Positions 39,116 through 50,808 are shown, counted from the first letter of the stretch. The stretch is 64,000 nt of DNA from an uncultured Mogibacterium sp. (GCA_938041965.1 CALISE010000019.1:16611-80610), one strand, 5' to 3'. The notes: generated by a model from the letters alone, not told the origin. Translations and numbers: made by a program.

Positions 39116-41929
39116 ATGGGTTTAGTAGAAAAGATATTTGGAGATCTCAACAAGAGAGAGGTTAAGAAGATAGAGAAAATCGTAGATGTGATTGAGTCTT
39201 ACGATGAACAGATGCAAAAGCTTACTGATGAGGAGCTTTGTGCTAAGACAGAGGAGTTCAAGAGGCGTCTAGGAACTATCAGAGAAGATGGCGATGAAGG
39301 TCCGTTTGAGACTGTAGATGACATTTTGCCAGAGGCATTTGCCGTGTGCCGTGAAGGTGCGGTTAGAAGTCTCGGCATGAAGCACTTCCGTGTGCAGCTG
39401 ATAGGTGGTGTGGTGCTTCATCAAGGAAGAATCGCTGAGATGAAGACTGGTGAAGGTAAGACTCTCGTGGCTACGCTCGCTGCATATCTGAATGCACTAA
39501 CTGGCAAGGGGGTTCATGTAGTCACCGTAAATGATTACCTCGCAAAGCGAGATGCTGACTGGATGGGAAAGCTATATACATTCCTTGGACTTACAGTTGG
39601 CTGTGTTATCAATTCGCTTGAGGGAGATGACCGCAAGGCTGCATATATGGCAGATATCACATACGGCACGAACAACGAGTTTGGTTTTGACTACCTGCGC
39701 GATAACATGGTTACTTATCAGGAAGAACTAACTCAGCGTGAGCTTAATTTTGCCATCGTCGATGAGGTAGACTCAATCCTCGTCGATGAAGCTCGTACTC
39801 CGCTCATCATCTCCGGTAAAGGTGTTGATTCAAGCGATATGTATCGCACTGCAAATGTATTCGTAAAGACTCTCATCCGTGACACTACGAGCGATGAGGA
39901 AGAGGGTGAGAACGGAGTACATGGAGATTACACGGTGGATGAGAAGGACAAGCAGGTTGCCCTCAATGAGAGCGGTATAAAGGCTGCCGAGGAGTATTTC
40001 GGCATCGAGAACTTCTCAGATCCAGATAATATGGAGCTTAACCACTATGTAAATCAGGCTCTACACGCTAATTATCTCATGAAGCGCGACGTGGACTATA
40101 TCGTCAAGGACGGTGAGATTCTCATCGTCGATGAGTTCACTGGACGTCTGATGTACGGTAGAAGATTTTCAAACGGATTACACCAAGCCATCGAGGCTAA
40201 GGAAGGTGTATCAGTAAGGTCAGAGTCCAAGACTCTCGCGACAATTACGCTCCAAAACTACTTCCGTATGTACAAGAAACTATCTGGTATGACGGGTACT
40301 GCCAAGACAGAGGAAGATGAATTTAGAGATATCTATAACATGGACGTAGTTGTCATCCCGACTAACAAGCCTATTGCGAGAACAGATCTAGATGACTCTG
40401 TGTATGCTCGTCAGACTGGTAAATACAAAGCTATTGTAGATAGAGTTGCGGAAGCTCATGAGACAGGACAGCCTGTTCTCGTAGGTACTATTTCTATTGA
40501 GATATCAGAGCTAATCAGTGAGATGCTCAAGAAGAAAGGTATAAAGCACAGCGTACTCAATGCTAAGCACCATGAAAAGGAAGCTGAAATCGTAGCTGAA
40601 GCAGGCCGTAAGGGCGCCGTTACAATCGCTACTAACATGGCTGGTCGTGGTACCGATATCATACTTGGCGGAAATCCAGACTTTGAAGCTAGGCGCGAGA
40701 TGAAGAAGCTAGAGTATACCCCTGAGCAGATTGCATTCGCAACAGGTTTTGAAAAGTCTGATGACGAAGAACTAAACGCCGCTAGAGAGAAGTATCAGGA
40801 ACTCTTAAAGCAGTTTGCTGCTGAGAGAAAGGATGAGCAAGAAGAAGTAAGAGCGCTCGGTGGACTCTGCATCATCGGTACGGAGAGACATGAATCAAGA
40901 CGTATTGATAATCAGCTACGTGGACGTTCTGGACGTCAGGGAGACCCTGGTGTTACACAGTTCTTCATTTCACTTGAGGATGACCTGATGAGGCTCTTCG
41001 GCGGAGAGAAGATGCAGAGAATTGTCGAGACTGTTGGTCTTAGCGACGAAGATGCACTTGAAGCAAAGGTGCTTTCGAGAAGAATTGAAACTGCTCAGAA
41101 GAAGATCGAGGGAAAGAACTTCGGTATTCGTAAGTATGTCCTTCAGTACGATGACGTTATGAACAGACAGAGATCGCAGATATATGAGCAGCGTAAAATG
41201 GTACTCGACGGCGAGAATCTGCGCGACTATATAATGGGAATGGTGGAAGAGCTAGTAAATGGCATAGTTGCACCGATTACCATGGAGACTCGTTTCTCAG
41301 AAGACTGGGATATGGACGAGATCTTCTATGGCTGTGAGCAGATTACCCCGGCCTTTAAGGGCAGACTCAGCTATACAGATGAGGAGCTGAGAGATCTCGA
41401 TGAGGATAAGCTTCGCGAGGATATCATGAATGTCTTTGAGGAGATATACCGTGAGAAGGAAGAGGAAGTTGGCATCGAACATATGCGTGAAGTTGAGCGT
41501 ATGATTATGCTCAGAGTTGTTGATAACCGCTGGATGGACCACATCGATGCGATGGAACAGCTCAAGAACGGAATTGGACTTCGTGGATACGGCCAGCAGG
41601 ATCCTGCTGTTGCTTATGCAAAAGAAGGCTTCGGTATGTTCGAGGAGATGATTGCGGATATCCGTGAGGAGACTGTAAAATACTGCTTCAATGTAACCGT
41701 CGAGACCCGAACTGAACGCCGTACAGTTTCAAGGGATGAGGTTGAACGCAAGGAAGAGTATTATGATGAGGATATCGCAGCTGCTCATGGGGATGAACAG
41801 CAGTACCGCGATAACGGAGAGCATGTTCAGGAACCGGTTCACCGCGACAGCCCTAAGATAGGTAGAAATGATCCATGCCCTTGTGGATCTGGCAAGAAGT
41901 ACAAGAATTGTTGCGGAAAGTTTCAATAA
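39116..41929 (+). CDS. secA: Preprotein translocase ATPase SecA
   Basis: [58 protein letters not shown]. Confidence 0.98.
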   Translation: MGLVEKIFGDLNKREVKKIEKIVDVIESYDEQMQKLTDEELCAKTEEFKRRLGTIREDGDEGPFETVDDILPEAFAVCREGAVRSLGMKHFRVQLIGGVVLHQGRIAEMKTGEGKTLVATLAAYLNALTGKGVHVVTVNDYLAKRDADWMGKLYTFLGLTVGCVINSLEGDDRKAAYMADITYGTNNEFGFDYLRDNMVTYQEELTQRELNFAIVDEVDSILVDEARTPLIISGKGVDSSDMYRTANVFVKTLIRDTTSDEEEGENGVHGDYTVDEKDKQVALNESGIKAAEEYFGIENFSDPDNMELNHYVNQALHANYLMKRDVDYIVKDGEILIVDEFTGRLMYGRRFSNGLHQAIEAKEGVSVRSESKTLATITLQNYFRMYKKLSGMTGTAKTEEDEFRDIYNMDVVVIPTNKPIARTDLDDSVYARQTGKYKAIVDRVAEAHETGQPVLVGTISIEISELISEMLKKKGIKHSVLNAKHHEKEAEIVAEAGRKGAVTIATNMAGRGTDIILGGNPDFEARREMKKLEYTPEQIAFATGFEKSDDEELNAAREKYQELLKQFAAERKDEQEEVRALGGLCIIGTERHESRRIDNQLRGRSGRQGDPGVTQFFISLEDDLMRLFGGEKMQRIVETVGLSDEDALEAKVLSRRIETAQKKIEGKNFGIRKYVLQYDDVMNRQRSQIYEQRKMVLDGENLRDYIMGMVEELVNGIVAPITMETRFSEDWDMDEIFYGCEQITPAFKGRLSYTDEELRDLDEDKLREDIMNVFEEIYREKEEEVGIEHMREVERMIMLRVVDNRWMDHIDAMEQLKNGIGLRGYGQQDPAVAYAKEGFGMFEEMIADIREETVKYCFNVTVETRTERRTVSRDEVERKEEYYDEDIAAAHGDEQQYRDNGEHVQEPVHRDSPKIGRNDPCPCGSGKKYKNCCGKFQ

Positions 41930-42061
41930 GGAACACCGATATAATTAGCAAGGTATGATGTGAGTTCTGCAGTGAGAGCAGGGCTATAGAGTTTAGCTCA
42001 ATTGATGCGCGATGCTGCTTACTGCGGCTACGCGCATCTGTCATAGATGAGAGGAATTACT

Positions 42062-43178
42062 ATGATTGAATTGGATGAGATAAGACAGGCTTTACCGAAC
42101 GAACTAGCGAAGCTTAAGGAGATTGGAGACTATCTTTGACCCAGATAGTCTTAGGGATAATATAGCGAGCATGGAGCAGGAGATGCTTAAGCCTGGTTTC
42201 TGGGATGATCCTGATGATGCGCAGAAACTGATGAAGAGAAAAAAGCATCTCGAAAGTGAGCTCGAGCGTTATGAAGGTCTGCTCAAGGGATTTAATGATA
42301 TATCTGAGATGATTGAGCTCGCTGAGGAGTACGAGGATTACTCTGAAGCCAAGAATATAATCAAGGAATACAAGAGGCTGTGTGAGGAGATGGAAGATCT
42401 TGAGCTCAGCAGACTTCTGACCGGTAAATACGATGATAAGGATGCGATTCTCAGCATTCATGCTGGCACCGGTGGAGTCGATGCTATGGATTGGGCTGAG
42501 ATGCTGATGAGGATGTATCTCAGGTATGCAGATCAGCACGGCTTCAAGACGGATGTCGTTGACATACAGAATGATACGCTAGCTGGTATTAAGAGCTGCA
42601 CAATCGTCGTCAGCGGAATCAATGCATATGGATATTTACGCAGTGAGGCGGGTGTGCATAGACTTGTGCGCATATCACCGTTTAACTCTGCTGGCAAGAG
42701 GCAGACTTCGTTTGCTGCGGTTGAAGTCGTTCCGGACCTTGGTGATAGCGTTGAGGTTAATATCGACCCTAAGGATCTCAAGATTGATAAGTATAGGAGC
42801 TCAGGTGCCGGTGGTCAGCACGTCAATACTACGGATTCTGCCATTCGTATAACGCACCTCCCTACAAACATAGTTGTAACGTGCCAAAATGAACGCTCTC
42901 AGCTATACAATAAAGAGATGGCGATGAAGATATTGGCTTCGAGGCTCCAGCAGCTAGCTGAAGCAGAGCACAAGGAAAACCTTAATGAACTAAAGGGTGA
43001 CATGAGTCAGGTGACTTGGGGTGCGCAGATTAGGTCATATGTGTTTCAACCTTATACGATGGTGAAGGACCATAGAACCAATGCAGAGGTTGGCAATATA
43101 AATGCTGTAATGGATGGTGAACTTGACGAATTTATCAAGGCCAAGCTAACGCAGGAAGCGAAGGAGAGAAACATATAA
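42062..43178 (+). CDS. prfB: Peptide chain release factor 2 with programmed +1 frameshift
   Basis: ATG 42062, 25 codons to CTT-TGA-C (42134-42140) preceded by GGAG; +1 frame carries SPF and GGQ. Confidence 0.96.
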
Positions 43179-43819
43179 TGAAGAAATACATAGTGTTTGA
43201 TTTCGATGGAACTCTCCTCGATACCGATCAACTTATCATCGATTCGTGGCAGGAGGTTTTTAAGAGATTTAGAGGTAAGGAAGCGGATGAAAACCTCATA
43301 CTTTCAACCTTTGGCGAGACCGTAGCTAATACGACTAAAGAGCTTTTTGCAGACGAAGATGCAGATGAAGTTTTAGCGATATACCGAGGATATCAGGCGG
43401 AGCACAGCAAGGGCGCCTATAAATTATACCCTGGCGTAGAGGAACTCCTCGGCGAGCTTAAAAGACGTGGCTACTCGTTATCGATAGTGACCTCAAGGCT
43501 CGGGAACACAGCGATGCAGTATCTGGGAGAGATGGGGATAAAGGACAAGTTCGATGCCATCATCACAGCAGATGATGTAACTAGGCATAAACCAGACCCT
43601 GAACCACTTTTAGAAGCACTGAGGAGGCTAGGAGCAAAGCGCGAGGAAGCTATAATGCTAGGTGATACGAGATTTGACATTGGCTGCTCTATCAATGCCG
43701 GAGTAGACAGCATTCTGGTATGCTGGGGGCGTAGAGGTGGTAACGTTCCACTGGGCGGAATAGAGCCTATGTACAGAATAAGCAAACCTGTGGAGTTATT
43801 TGAAATAATCGAGGAATGA
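43178..43819 (+). CDS. HAD hydrolase (PpaX/phosphoglycolate phosphatase-like)
   Basis: FDFDGTL, VTS, KPDPEP, GDTRFD. Confidence 0.88.
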   Translation: MKKYIVFDFDGTLLDTDQLIIDSWQEVFKRFRGKEADENLILSTFGETVANTTKELFADEDADEVLAIYRGYQAEHSKGAYKLYPGVEELLGELKRRGYSLSIVTSRLGNTAMQYLGEMGIKDKFDAIITADDVTRHKPDPEPLLEALRRLGAKREEAIMLGDTRFDIGCSINAGVDSILVCWGRRGGNVPLGGIEPMYRISKPVELFEIIEE

Positions 43820-43820
43820 G

Positions 43821-46800
43821 ATGCTGAACCTATTTATGGCACGAGAGTGCATGAACAAGGAGAAGTTCATATACGAGAATATAAAAGGCAAGACGTATGT
43901 ATTGGTTCCGAACCAGTACACCCTTGTCGCGGAAGAACAGGCACTTAAGTACACAGGTAGTGCCTGTCTTCTTGATATTGAAATTCTTTCATTAAATAGA
44001 TTAGGTCAGAGGATAATGGCAGAGTACGGTAAGGAGAATATCGAAATTCTCGACAAGTATGGTCGCCATATGCTTCTGTACAAGATTATAAAGTCGCATA
44101 AAGATGAGCTTGAAGTATTTAAAGCTTCAGCTGAACAGAGCGGATTTATAGATATGGTCAATGACTTCATCGCTGATTTCAAGCAGCAAGACTGCTCACT
44201 AGATGAACTCAAATCTGCAATCGATTCAGATAGTAACAGCGAGCTGCTTTCACACAAGCTGCATGAATTGATGCTTATAATCGATGAATATGAGTTAGAG
44301 CTAGAAGGTAGATACATAGATTCTGAAGACTATATCTCGATGTATGTATCGTTAATCGGAGAGTCGACGCTACTTGATAATCATTCGGTATGGGTGTATG
44401 GATTTGATACTCTTGCGCCCAAGTCGATGGATGCACTAATTGAGATGGCAAAGCGTGTAGATGTCAATATTATGGTCAATATCAGTGACTTTGATCTAGA
44501 CACCATCTTGATAGCAGCGCTGACATCTAGGGCGGATTCGGCGGGTGTAGCAATATCAAAGGAATATGTGCCTGATGAATATAGAGCATATGGTAGAGAG
44601 ACGCTCGACTATTTGGAGGAAAATCTATTTAGGACCGTGTTAAGCTCGAGAGAGTCCGTAATGAAGATGCCGGATGAAGATACGATAAATGATGAAGTAA
44701 GACTTGTTGAGTGCGCAAATTCTTTCTATGAAGCGGAGAGTGCCGCCTCATATATATATGAGCTAATTCGCGATAAAGGATACAGGATGAATGATATTGC
44801 TGTAATCTGTAATGATGATTCATCTAGGAAACCCATAATTCGCAGAACTTTTGAGGAGTACGGGATTCCACTTTTTGTCGATTCCAGAAGGACGATTACT
44901 GATTCGATGGCTGCGAGATTTATCGTGAGTCTTCTAGAGTTTGTGCTTCAGGGGTATAGGACTTCAGCTCTGTTCGTAATGCTCAAGACTGAACTTACGA
45001 GTATTGAGAGGGAAGATATTGAAATGCTAGAGAATTATGCACGTAATTACAGGATACGTGGTAATATGTGGACTAGAGCATTTAAGTACGGGCATTTCGA
45101 GTATACTGAAGAAGAATTTGAAAGGCTTGAGAGCACGAGAAGCTACATAATGGAGCAAGTTGCGAAGCTTCGTGAGATAGCGGAGAGTTCGGGAACAGTT
45201 GCTGAGTTCGTGTTTGATTTGATTAAAATCTTGGAAGAGGAATGGGAACTGCCAAGCAGATTACAGGCTGTATCTGAATCTCAAGCTGAAGAGGGATATA
45301 ACGAGGAGGCGCAGAATACCGCCCAGAGCTATGAGGCCTGCGTCAAGATTCTGGAACAATTAGCAGCCGTGTTGGGCGATGAAACCTTTGATAGAACGAG
45401 GTCCGAAGAGATATTACAGCTATACAAGAAAGGTCTTGAATCCGTTGACATCGGAATCATTCCACCTGCACTGGATGGAATAATTATGGGATCTATGATC
45501 AGGACAAGGCCAGGACCGCTTAAAGCGATGGTTGTTCTTGCAGCAAATGAAAGTGTGCTTCCCATGGAGCCTGCTTCAGAGGGGATTTTCTCTGTAGATG
45601 AAAAGGAGTTTTTTAAGGAGCACAATTTCCCTATTGGCCATCTTGATGAACTAAAGATGACTGAGGAAAACGTGGCTATGTATAGGCTAATTTCAAAGCC
45701 GTACGAGAGATTATACATGAGCTGGTCACTTTCTGATTCGGAGGGGCAGGACTGTAAACCATCTTCGCTTGTTGATGCGTTCAGGTCAGCGCTACCATCA
45801 ATCAAGATCCACAAAGATGTCATCTCAAGTGGATTAGATATAAATGTCATAAATAATCCTAAGACAGCTATGCGCCACTTGCTCAACTATCTGAAGGGCA
45901 GGCGGTCACTAGAGCATCTAGCAGATGAGAAAAAAGCTAAGATGATTACCGACTCAATAATTGCTTGGTATCGAAATAACGATCCGGAGACATTCGATGC
46001 AGCCATGAAGGCCGCGAGAGACGATAACTCTGCGGAGCCTATCTCTAGTGCTATGGCGGAGCGGTTGTTCGCTAGGCCAAGCGGTGACTTCTCATTCTCA
46101 CCGACTAGAATCGAGAACTTTAATCACTGCCCATTCAAGCATTTTGTATCATATGGTTTAAGACCCAGAGAAGATCGTGAGTTTAGCGGTTCCTCTCGTG
46201 AGATAGGAGATATATATCACGAATGCATCATGAAGGTCTCCAAGAAACTAGAGACTGAAGGGCTTTGGGCTAGTATCACTGATGAAGAGATTAGGAATCT
46301 TGTTAGAGCTACGCTCGAGGAAATCGCTGGTGACTATAGAGATGGGCTCTTTGCCTCCGATAGTCGTGAGCAGTATAGACTTGAGAGAGTCGCAAGGGTT
46401 TGTTCGCGTGTAGCAGGAAACCTCGCAGAACAGATTAGACTAGGTAAGGTCGAGAAGTCCTATTTTGAAGAGGAATTTAAGAGAGGCAAGCTTTTTGCAC
46501 CTATTGAACTCGAGATTGATGGTAAGAGGATTTTTATCGAGGGTAAAATCGATAGGGTCGACGTGTTTGAAGGTGGCGATATAAGAATAATCGACTACAA
46601 AACCGGGTCAGATAAGGTTGATATAGAGCAGATGAGGTGTGGATATAAGATGCAGCTCATGGTGTACATGCAGGGCGCTAAGTCTGAGGAAAGGAAGCCC
46701 GCCGGTGTGTTCTACTACAATATCAAGGATGTTTCGGTGAATGTAGAAGGCTCGAAGGATGCTTCTGAGGTGGTGGATAGCGAGCTTAAGAAAGGCTTGA

Positions 46801-47096
46801 TTTTAAATGGACTATGTATCGATGAAAAAGATGTCATAGAGGAGATGCCAAGCTCTCTACTCGGCAATAAAAAGATGATCATAACCCGTGATTTGTTCGA
46901 GAGTATAGAAGAGGACGTATGCCAGTCGATTCACGATATCAGTGAGCAGATTGTCGTTGGAGATGTGAGCATATCTCCAACAAAAAAACGCACTTCAAGT
47001 GATAACAAAGGAGAATGCAAATACTGCAGCTATAATTCAATCTGCAGATTTGATGTAACGTATAGAGGAAACAAGTATAGGGAAGTAGATGGGTAA
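43821..47096 (+). CDS. addB: AddB/RexB-like helicase-nuclease subunit
   Basis: LVPNQYT, SPTRIENFNHCPF, GKIDRVD, IIDYKTG, QLMVY, CKYCSYNSIC. Confidence 0.88.
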   Translation: MLNLFMARECMNKEKFIYENIKGKTYVLVPNQYTLVAEEQALKYTGSACLLDIEILSLNRLGQRIMAEYGKENIEILDKYGRHMLLYKIIKSHKDELEVFKASAEQSGFIDMVNDFIADFKQQDCSLDELKSAIDSDSNSELLSHKLHELMLIIDEYELELEGRYIDSEDYISMYVSLIGESTLLDNHSVWVYGFDTLAPKSMDALIEMAKRVDVNIMVNISDFDLDTILIAALTSRADSAGVAISKEYVPDEYRAYGRETLDYLEENLFRTVLSSRESVMKMPDEDTINDEVRLVECANSFYEAESAASYIYELIRDKGYRMNDIAVICNDDSSRKPIIRRTFEEYGIPLFVDSRRTITDSMAARFIVSLLEFVLQGYRTSALFVMLKTELTSIEREDIEMLENYARNYRIRGNMWTRAFKYGHFEYTEEEFERLESTRSYIMEQVAKLREIAESSGTVAEFVFDLIKILEEEWELPSRLQAVSESQAEEGYNEEAQNTAQSYEACVKILEQLAAVLGDETFDRTRSEEILQLYKKGLESVDIGIIPPALDGIIMGSMIRTRPGPLKAMVVLAANESVLPMEPASEGIFSVDEKEFFKEHNFPIGHLDELKMTEENVAMYRLISKPYERLYMSWSLSDSEGQDCKPSSLVDAFRSALPSIKIHKDVISSGLDINVINNPKTAMRHLLNYLKGRRSLEHLADEKKAKMITDSIIAWYRNNDPETFDAAMKAARDDNSAEPISSAMAERLFARPSGDFSFSPTRIENFNHCPFKHFVSYGLRPREDREFSGSSREIGDIYHECIMKVSKKLETEGLWASITDEEIRNLVRATLEEIAGDYRDGLFASDSREQYRLERVARVCSRVAGNLAEQIRLGKVEKSYFEEEFKRGKLFAPIELEIDGKRIFIEGKIDRVDVFEGGDIRIIDYKTGSDKVDIEQMRCGYKMQLMVYMQGAKSEERKPAGVFYYNIKDVSVNVEGSKDASEVVDSELKKGLILNGLCIDEKDVIEEMPSSLLGNKKMIITRDLFESIEEDVCQSIHDISEQIVVGDVSISPTKKRTSSDNKGECKYCSYNSICRFDVTYRGNKYREVDG

Positions 47097-47901
47097 ATTA
47101 AAGATAGCATCTATCGGTAGCAGTAGCTCCGGTAATGCGTATATCGTTTCGGATGGAAATACGAGATTGCTGCTAGATGTTGGTCTCACAGCAAAGCGAA
47201 TTAAGGAGGGACTTGCCGAGTGCAGACTCGGTGTGGAGGATATTCAAGGGATATTTATCACGCATGAACATACCGATCACGTCAAAAGTATAAGGGCAAT
47301 CGCAAAGGCTTGTACGAATGCGAAAGTGTATACATCTCGAGGAACGATATATAACTGTGATAAGTTTGAATATGTAAAGTCAGAGCAGCTAGAGTGTATG
47401 GCAGCACAGGATGTGGTCAGAATTGGGGATATATGTGTAAAGGCGTTTTCCCTTTCTCACGATGCAAGTGAGCCGATAGGGTTTAGCTTTACCGAGGACG
47501 GAGAGCAGCTATCTGTTGCAACTGATACAGGGATAGTTACGGATGAGATTGCTGAAGAACTTGCTATTGCAGACACTCTCGTGTTCGAAGCAAATCATGA
47601 GGAGAGCATTCTGCAGATGGGAGATTACCCATATTCGCTAAAGCGCCGTATCCTAGGGGAACACGGTCACCTTTCCAATGTGACAAGTGGGATTGCTCTT
47701 GCGAGGGGACTGCTTGCGCGAAAAGAAGCTGGTCTTCCGAGCCCCACGCAGCGAATAATGCTCGCACATTTGAGCACTCATAACAACACACCGGATACGG
47801 CATTGCTGACGGTTAAGAATATCTTGGATGAGAATGATCTGTGTCAAGAGAATGATTTTACGATAAAGGTGGCGGCAAAGGACAAGTTGACGACGCTATA
47901 A
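47089..47901 (+). CDS. Metallo-beta-lactamase fold hydrolase (YycJ/WalJ-like)
   Basis: SSSSGN, THEHTDH, SHDA, TDTG, EANH, GHLSN, AHLS. Confidence 0.88.
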   Translation: MGKLKIASIGSSSSGNAYIVSDGNTRLLLDVGLTAKRIKEGLAECRLGVEDIQGIFITHEHTDHVKSIRAIAKACTNAKVYTSRGTIYNCDKFEYVKSEQLECMAAQDVVRIGDICVKAFSLSHDASEPIGFSFTEDGEQLSVATDTGIVTDEIAEELAIADTLVFEANHEESILQMGDYPYSLKRRILGEHGHLSNVTSGIALARGLLARKEAGLPSPTQRIMLAHLSTHNNTPDTALLTVKNILDENDLCQENDFTIKVAAKDKLTTL

Positions 47902-47931
47902 GATTTAAATAGTAAAATCAAAGGAAGTTAT

Positions 47932-48411
47932 ATGAAAATTAGAATAATTTGTATAGGAAAGCTAAAAGAGAAATACTGGACCTCTGCTGCAGCTGAATAC
48001 AACAAGCGAATATCAGGATATGCGAATATCGAGATTGTAGAACTCAAGGAGAGTAAGCTGCCTGCAAACCCGTCTGCATCTGATGAGAATGCAGTGCTTA
48101 TCCGCGAAGGACAGAACATCCTAAGCAAAATAAAGGACAATGACTATGTGATTGCTATGGAAGTGGAAGGTGAACAGCTTGATTCAGTAGAGTTAGCTAA
48201 GAAAATTCAGTGTGTGTTCGATACAAAGTCTTCTACCATAGACTTTGTAATCGGTGGCAGCCTTGGTCTTTCAGATGAAGTGAAAAAAAGGGCGGACTAC
48301 GGGTTATCGTTTTCAAAGCTGACATTCCCGCACCAGATGGCGAGGATTATGCTTCTCGAGCAGATATACAGAGCTTTTAAGATTAACAGTGGAGAGACAT
48401 ACCATAAGTGA
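47932..48411 (+). CDS. rlmH: 23S rRNA pseudouridine-1915 N3-methyltransferase
   Basis: IGKLKEKY, FVIGGSLGL, TFPHQMARIMLLEQIYRAF, YHK. Confidence 0.96.
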   Translation: MKIRIICIGKLKEKYWTSAAAEYNKRISGYANIEIVELKESKLPANPSASDENAVLIREGQNILSKIKDNDYVIAMEVEGEQLDSVELAKKIQCVFDTKSSTIDFVIGGSLGLSDEVKKRADYGLSFSKLTFPHQMARIMLLEQIYRAFKINSGETYHK

Positions 48412-48487
48412 TTGCATACACGCATGTGATTGTATCGGATAATCCAATCAATGTGCATGCAATGATGCATTTAGCGCAGAAATAATA

Positions 48488-48525
48488 TACAAGAAGACCT
48501 CCACTTAAGTGGAGGTCTTCTTGTA
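48488..48525. terminator. Perfect 38-bp palindrome, bidirectional terminator
   Basis: TACAAGAAGACCTCCACTT|AAGTGGAGGTCTTCTTGTA between convergent genes. Confidence 0.75.
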
Positions 48526-48590
48526 CTTTTTACTTTATACTTTGCGAACATTATGAGGGTTAGGGATGTCTCGTAATGTCGTAAACTAAT

Positions 48591-49475
48591 TTATCTAGCT
48601 AGCTGTGGCTTTTTTATTAAAGGTGCCACTGCTGGGATGACGATGCTGGTGAGTATGAGAATTCCACCAATCATGCCAGTAGTTCCTAGCCTTTCGTTCA
48701 GGAATGTGTATCCGAGTATCGCAGTGACGAGCGGATTGAATGCGCAAAATAACCCTGAGATAGATGCAGACAATTTGCTCTGTGCAACTGGCTGGAGAGT
48801 GAAGCCAAAGCAGGTGCAAACTATTGCTAGGAATATTATCACTCCCCACGCCTTTGGGGCGGTAGGGAAGCTTGGCCCTTCAACAACCATAGCCAGTATG
48901 TATGATGAAGCTCCTATAAATGCAACTTGGAATATTCCGAGCATAAAAGGATCATCGCGCTTTGAAAATCTATCGGTAGCCACTACAGCGCAGGTGTATG
49001 CTAGTGCGCTGAGTATGCACATGAATTCTCCGAAGGTTAGTCCTATATGACCATCCTTAAGTGTCAGGAATCCAACACCAGCTAGTGCGACTAGAGCGCT
49101 GATAATTGCGGAAGCTCTAGGGATTCTTCTAACTAACAATGCATCTGCTAGCGGAACGAAAATAATCGCTGTGTTTTCTAGGAATGATGTAGTCGAAGAA
49201 TTTGTCATCTTGAGTCCAATCAATTCAGTGGTCATCGTCAGTAAGAAGAAAAAACCAATGATTGAACCATGGATAACCAGCTGCTTGTCAACTTTCTTGA
49301 TATCCTTGCGGAATAGGAAGAGTAAAATAATAGCAGCAAGTGGGAAGCGGTAGCCGTTCAATGTGAGCGGCCCCATGTATGATAAACCCGTTGTTGCGAA
49401 TAGGAGCGAGGTTGCACGCAGTGAAATTACTGTAAATAGCAATATCATAGCGCGATTTCTTCTCTTCGTATCCAC
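48591..49475 (-). CDS. DMT/EamA family transporter
   Basis: About 10 TM helices; RFPLA, IFVPL, NPLVTAILG...LNE. Confidence 0.9.
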   Translation of the reverse strand: MDTKRRNRAMILLFTVISLRATSLLFATTGLSYMGPLTLNGYRFPLAAIILLFLFRKDIKKVDKQLVIHGSIIGFFFLLTMTTELIGLKMTNSSTTSFLENTAIIFVPLADALLVRRIPRASAIISALVALAGVGFLTLKDGHIGLTFGEFMCILSALAYTCAVVATDRFSKRDDPFMLGIFQVAFIGASSYILAMVVEGPSFPTAPKAWGVIIFLAIVCTCFGFTLQPVAQSKLSASISGLFCAFNPLVTAILGYTFLNERLGTTGMIGGILILTSIVIPAVAPLIKKPQLAR

Positions 49476-49562
49476 TTCGGATCCCCACTTTCTTAATGTA
49501 AACTGATGTAACTAGATTATAATAAAAAATCTATTTTGATAATATCGCTAAATAATCAAGTG

Positions 49563-49585
49563 TGTTATGATAAAGTATCATAACA
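49563..49585. promoter_or_regulatory. Candidate LysR binding site between divergent DMT and LysR genes
   Basis: TGTTATGATA-AAG-TATCATAACA, contains T-N11-A. Confidence 0.6.
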
Positions 49586-49636
49586 AGGTTAAATTTTTAA
49601 AGCAGTTCTTCCATAGGTTAGAAATGAGGATATAAA

Positions 49637-50548
49637 ATGGAGGTTGAGAAAGTCAAGGCATTGCTTCGTGCAATCGATTTGGGAAACATGTCTTCAGCAG
49701 CGACGGAGCTCGGGTATACTCCTTCAGGCATTAGCCGCATGATGGCATCATTAGAGGAAGAGACAGGGGTGCGTCTTGTAAATAGAAATAGGAATGGCAT
49801 TTCGCCTACAGAGGCATGCAAACAGCTGCTGCCCAGCTTCATATCTCTAGTTAATTCTGCCAATCACTTAGAACAAAATATCGCAGAAATTAGTGGAGTG
49901 ATAACAGGTGAAGTTCGCGTTGCCACAGCCTATTCCACATACTACAAGTTTCTCACGGATCTGATTAAGGAGTTTTGCATAGAGTATCCGGGCATCGCAG
50001 TTGACGTCACTGCAGGAAGGAGTTCAGCCCTCATGGCAGAGCTTGAACGCGATAAATTGGACTTTTGTCTTATAAGCTACCGTGAGGGTACCTGTGAATG
50101 GATACATCTCATTGATGACCCATTTTACATATGGGTGCCAAATGACCATCCAGCAGTAGCTGATGGTGTTTATGATATACACAGGATATATGATGATAGT
50201 TATATCGATTTATATCCTGGTCGAGAGAGTGACGGTTCTTTGATGTTCAAGTCATATGATATCAATCCACCTATTAGGTATAAAACTTCAGATGCTTTCG
50301 CTGCATATTCAATGGTTGAAGCAGGATTGGGAGTGACTACGGTTAATGGAGTTTCAATAAATCAATGGCACGGAAATGTCACGGCGCTACCGATTTCACC
50401 GAGCTATAATGTTCCCATAGGTATTGCAGTTCCTGAAACTGGGAGAATATCACCGGCGGCTAAAAGATTTAGAGATTTCGCACTTGTTTTTTTTGAAGAA
50501 CATAAACGGCGTGTGATGGATATTATTAATGATAATGATAAAAAATAG
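49637..50548 (+). CDS. LysR family transcriptional regulator
   Basis: GNMSSAATELGYTPSGISRMMASLEEETG. Confidence 0.92.
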   Translation: MEVEKVKALLRAIDLGNMSSAATELGYTPSGISRMMASLEEETGVRLVNRNRNGISPTEACKQLLPSFISLVNSANHLEQNIAEISGVITGEVRVATAYSTYYKFLTDLIKEFCIEYPGIAVDVTAGRSSALMAELERDKLDFCLISYREGTCEWIHLIDDPFYIWVPNDHPAVADGVYDIHRIYDDSYIDLYPGRESDGSLMFKSYDINPPIRYKTSDAFAAYSMVEAGLGVTTVNGVSINQWHGNVTALPISPSYNVPIGIAVPETGRISPAAKRFRDFALVFFEEHKRRVMDIINDNDKK

Positions 50549-50622
50549 TTTAATTTATAAGGATGCAATATAATATAACTAAATGATATATGTGGCATAA
50601 TGATAAAGGATATGGAGGTGCT

Positions 50623-50808
50623 ATGATGAACAAGAAGCATAATAAAGCTGGAAATGCAGTGAATGAGCATAATTTAAAACAGGTATTTAAGGCAGATAGA
50701 CCGCACAAAAACCGCAAAGAGCGAATGGCGAGGATTATGGCTATATTGATGATTGTACTTATGGTAGGGTTCTCATTTATAACTGCGGGCATATTTCTTT
50801 TAGATTAG
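50623..50808 (+). CDS. Small basic single-TM membrane protein (DUF4044-like)
   Basis: SD GGAGGTG; basic N-terminus then hydrophobic helix; followed by terminator. Confidence 0.6.
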   Translation: MMNKKHNKAGNAVNEHNLKQVFKADRPHKNRKERMARIMAILMIVLMVGFSFITAGIFLLD

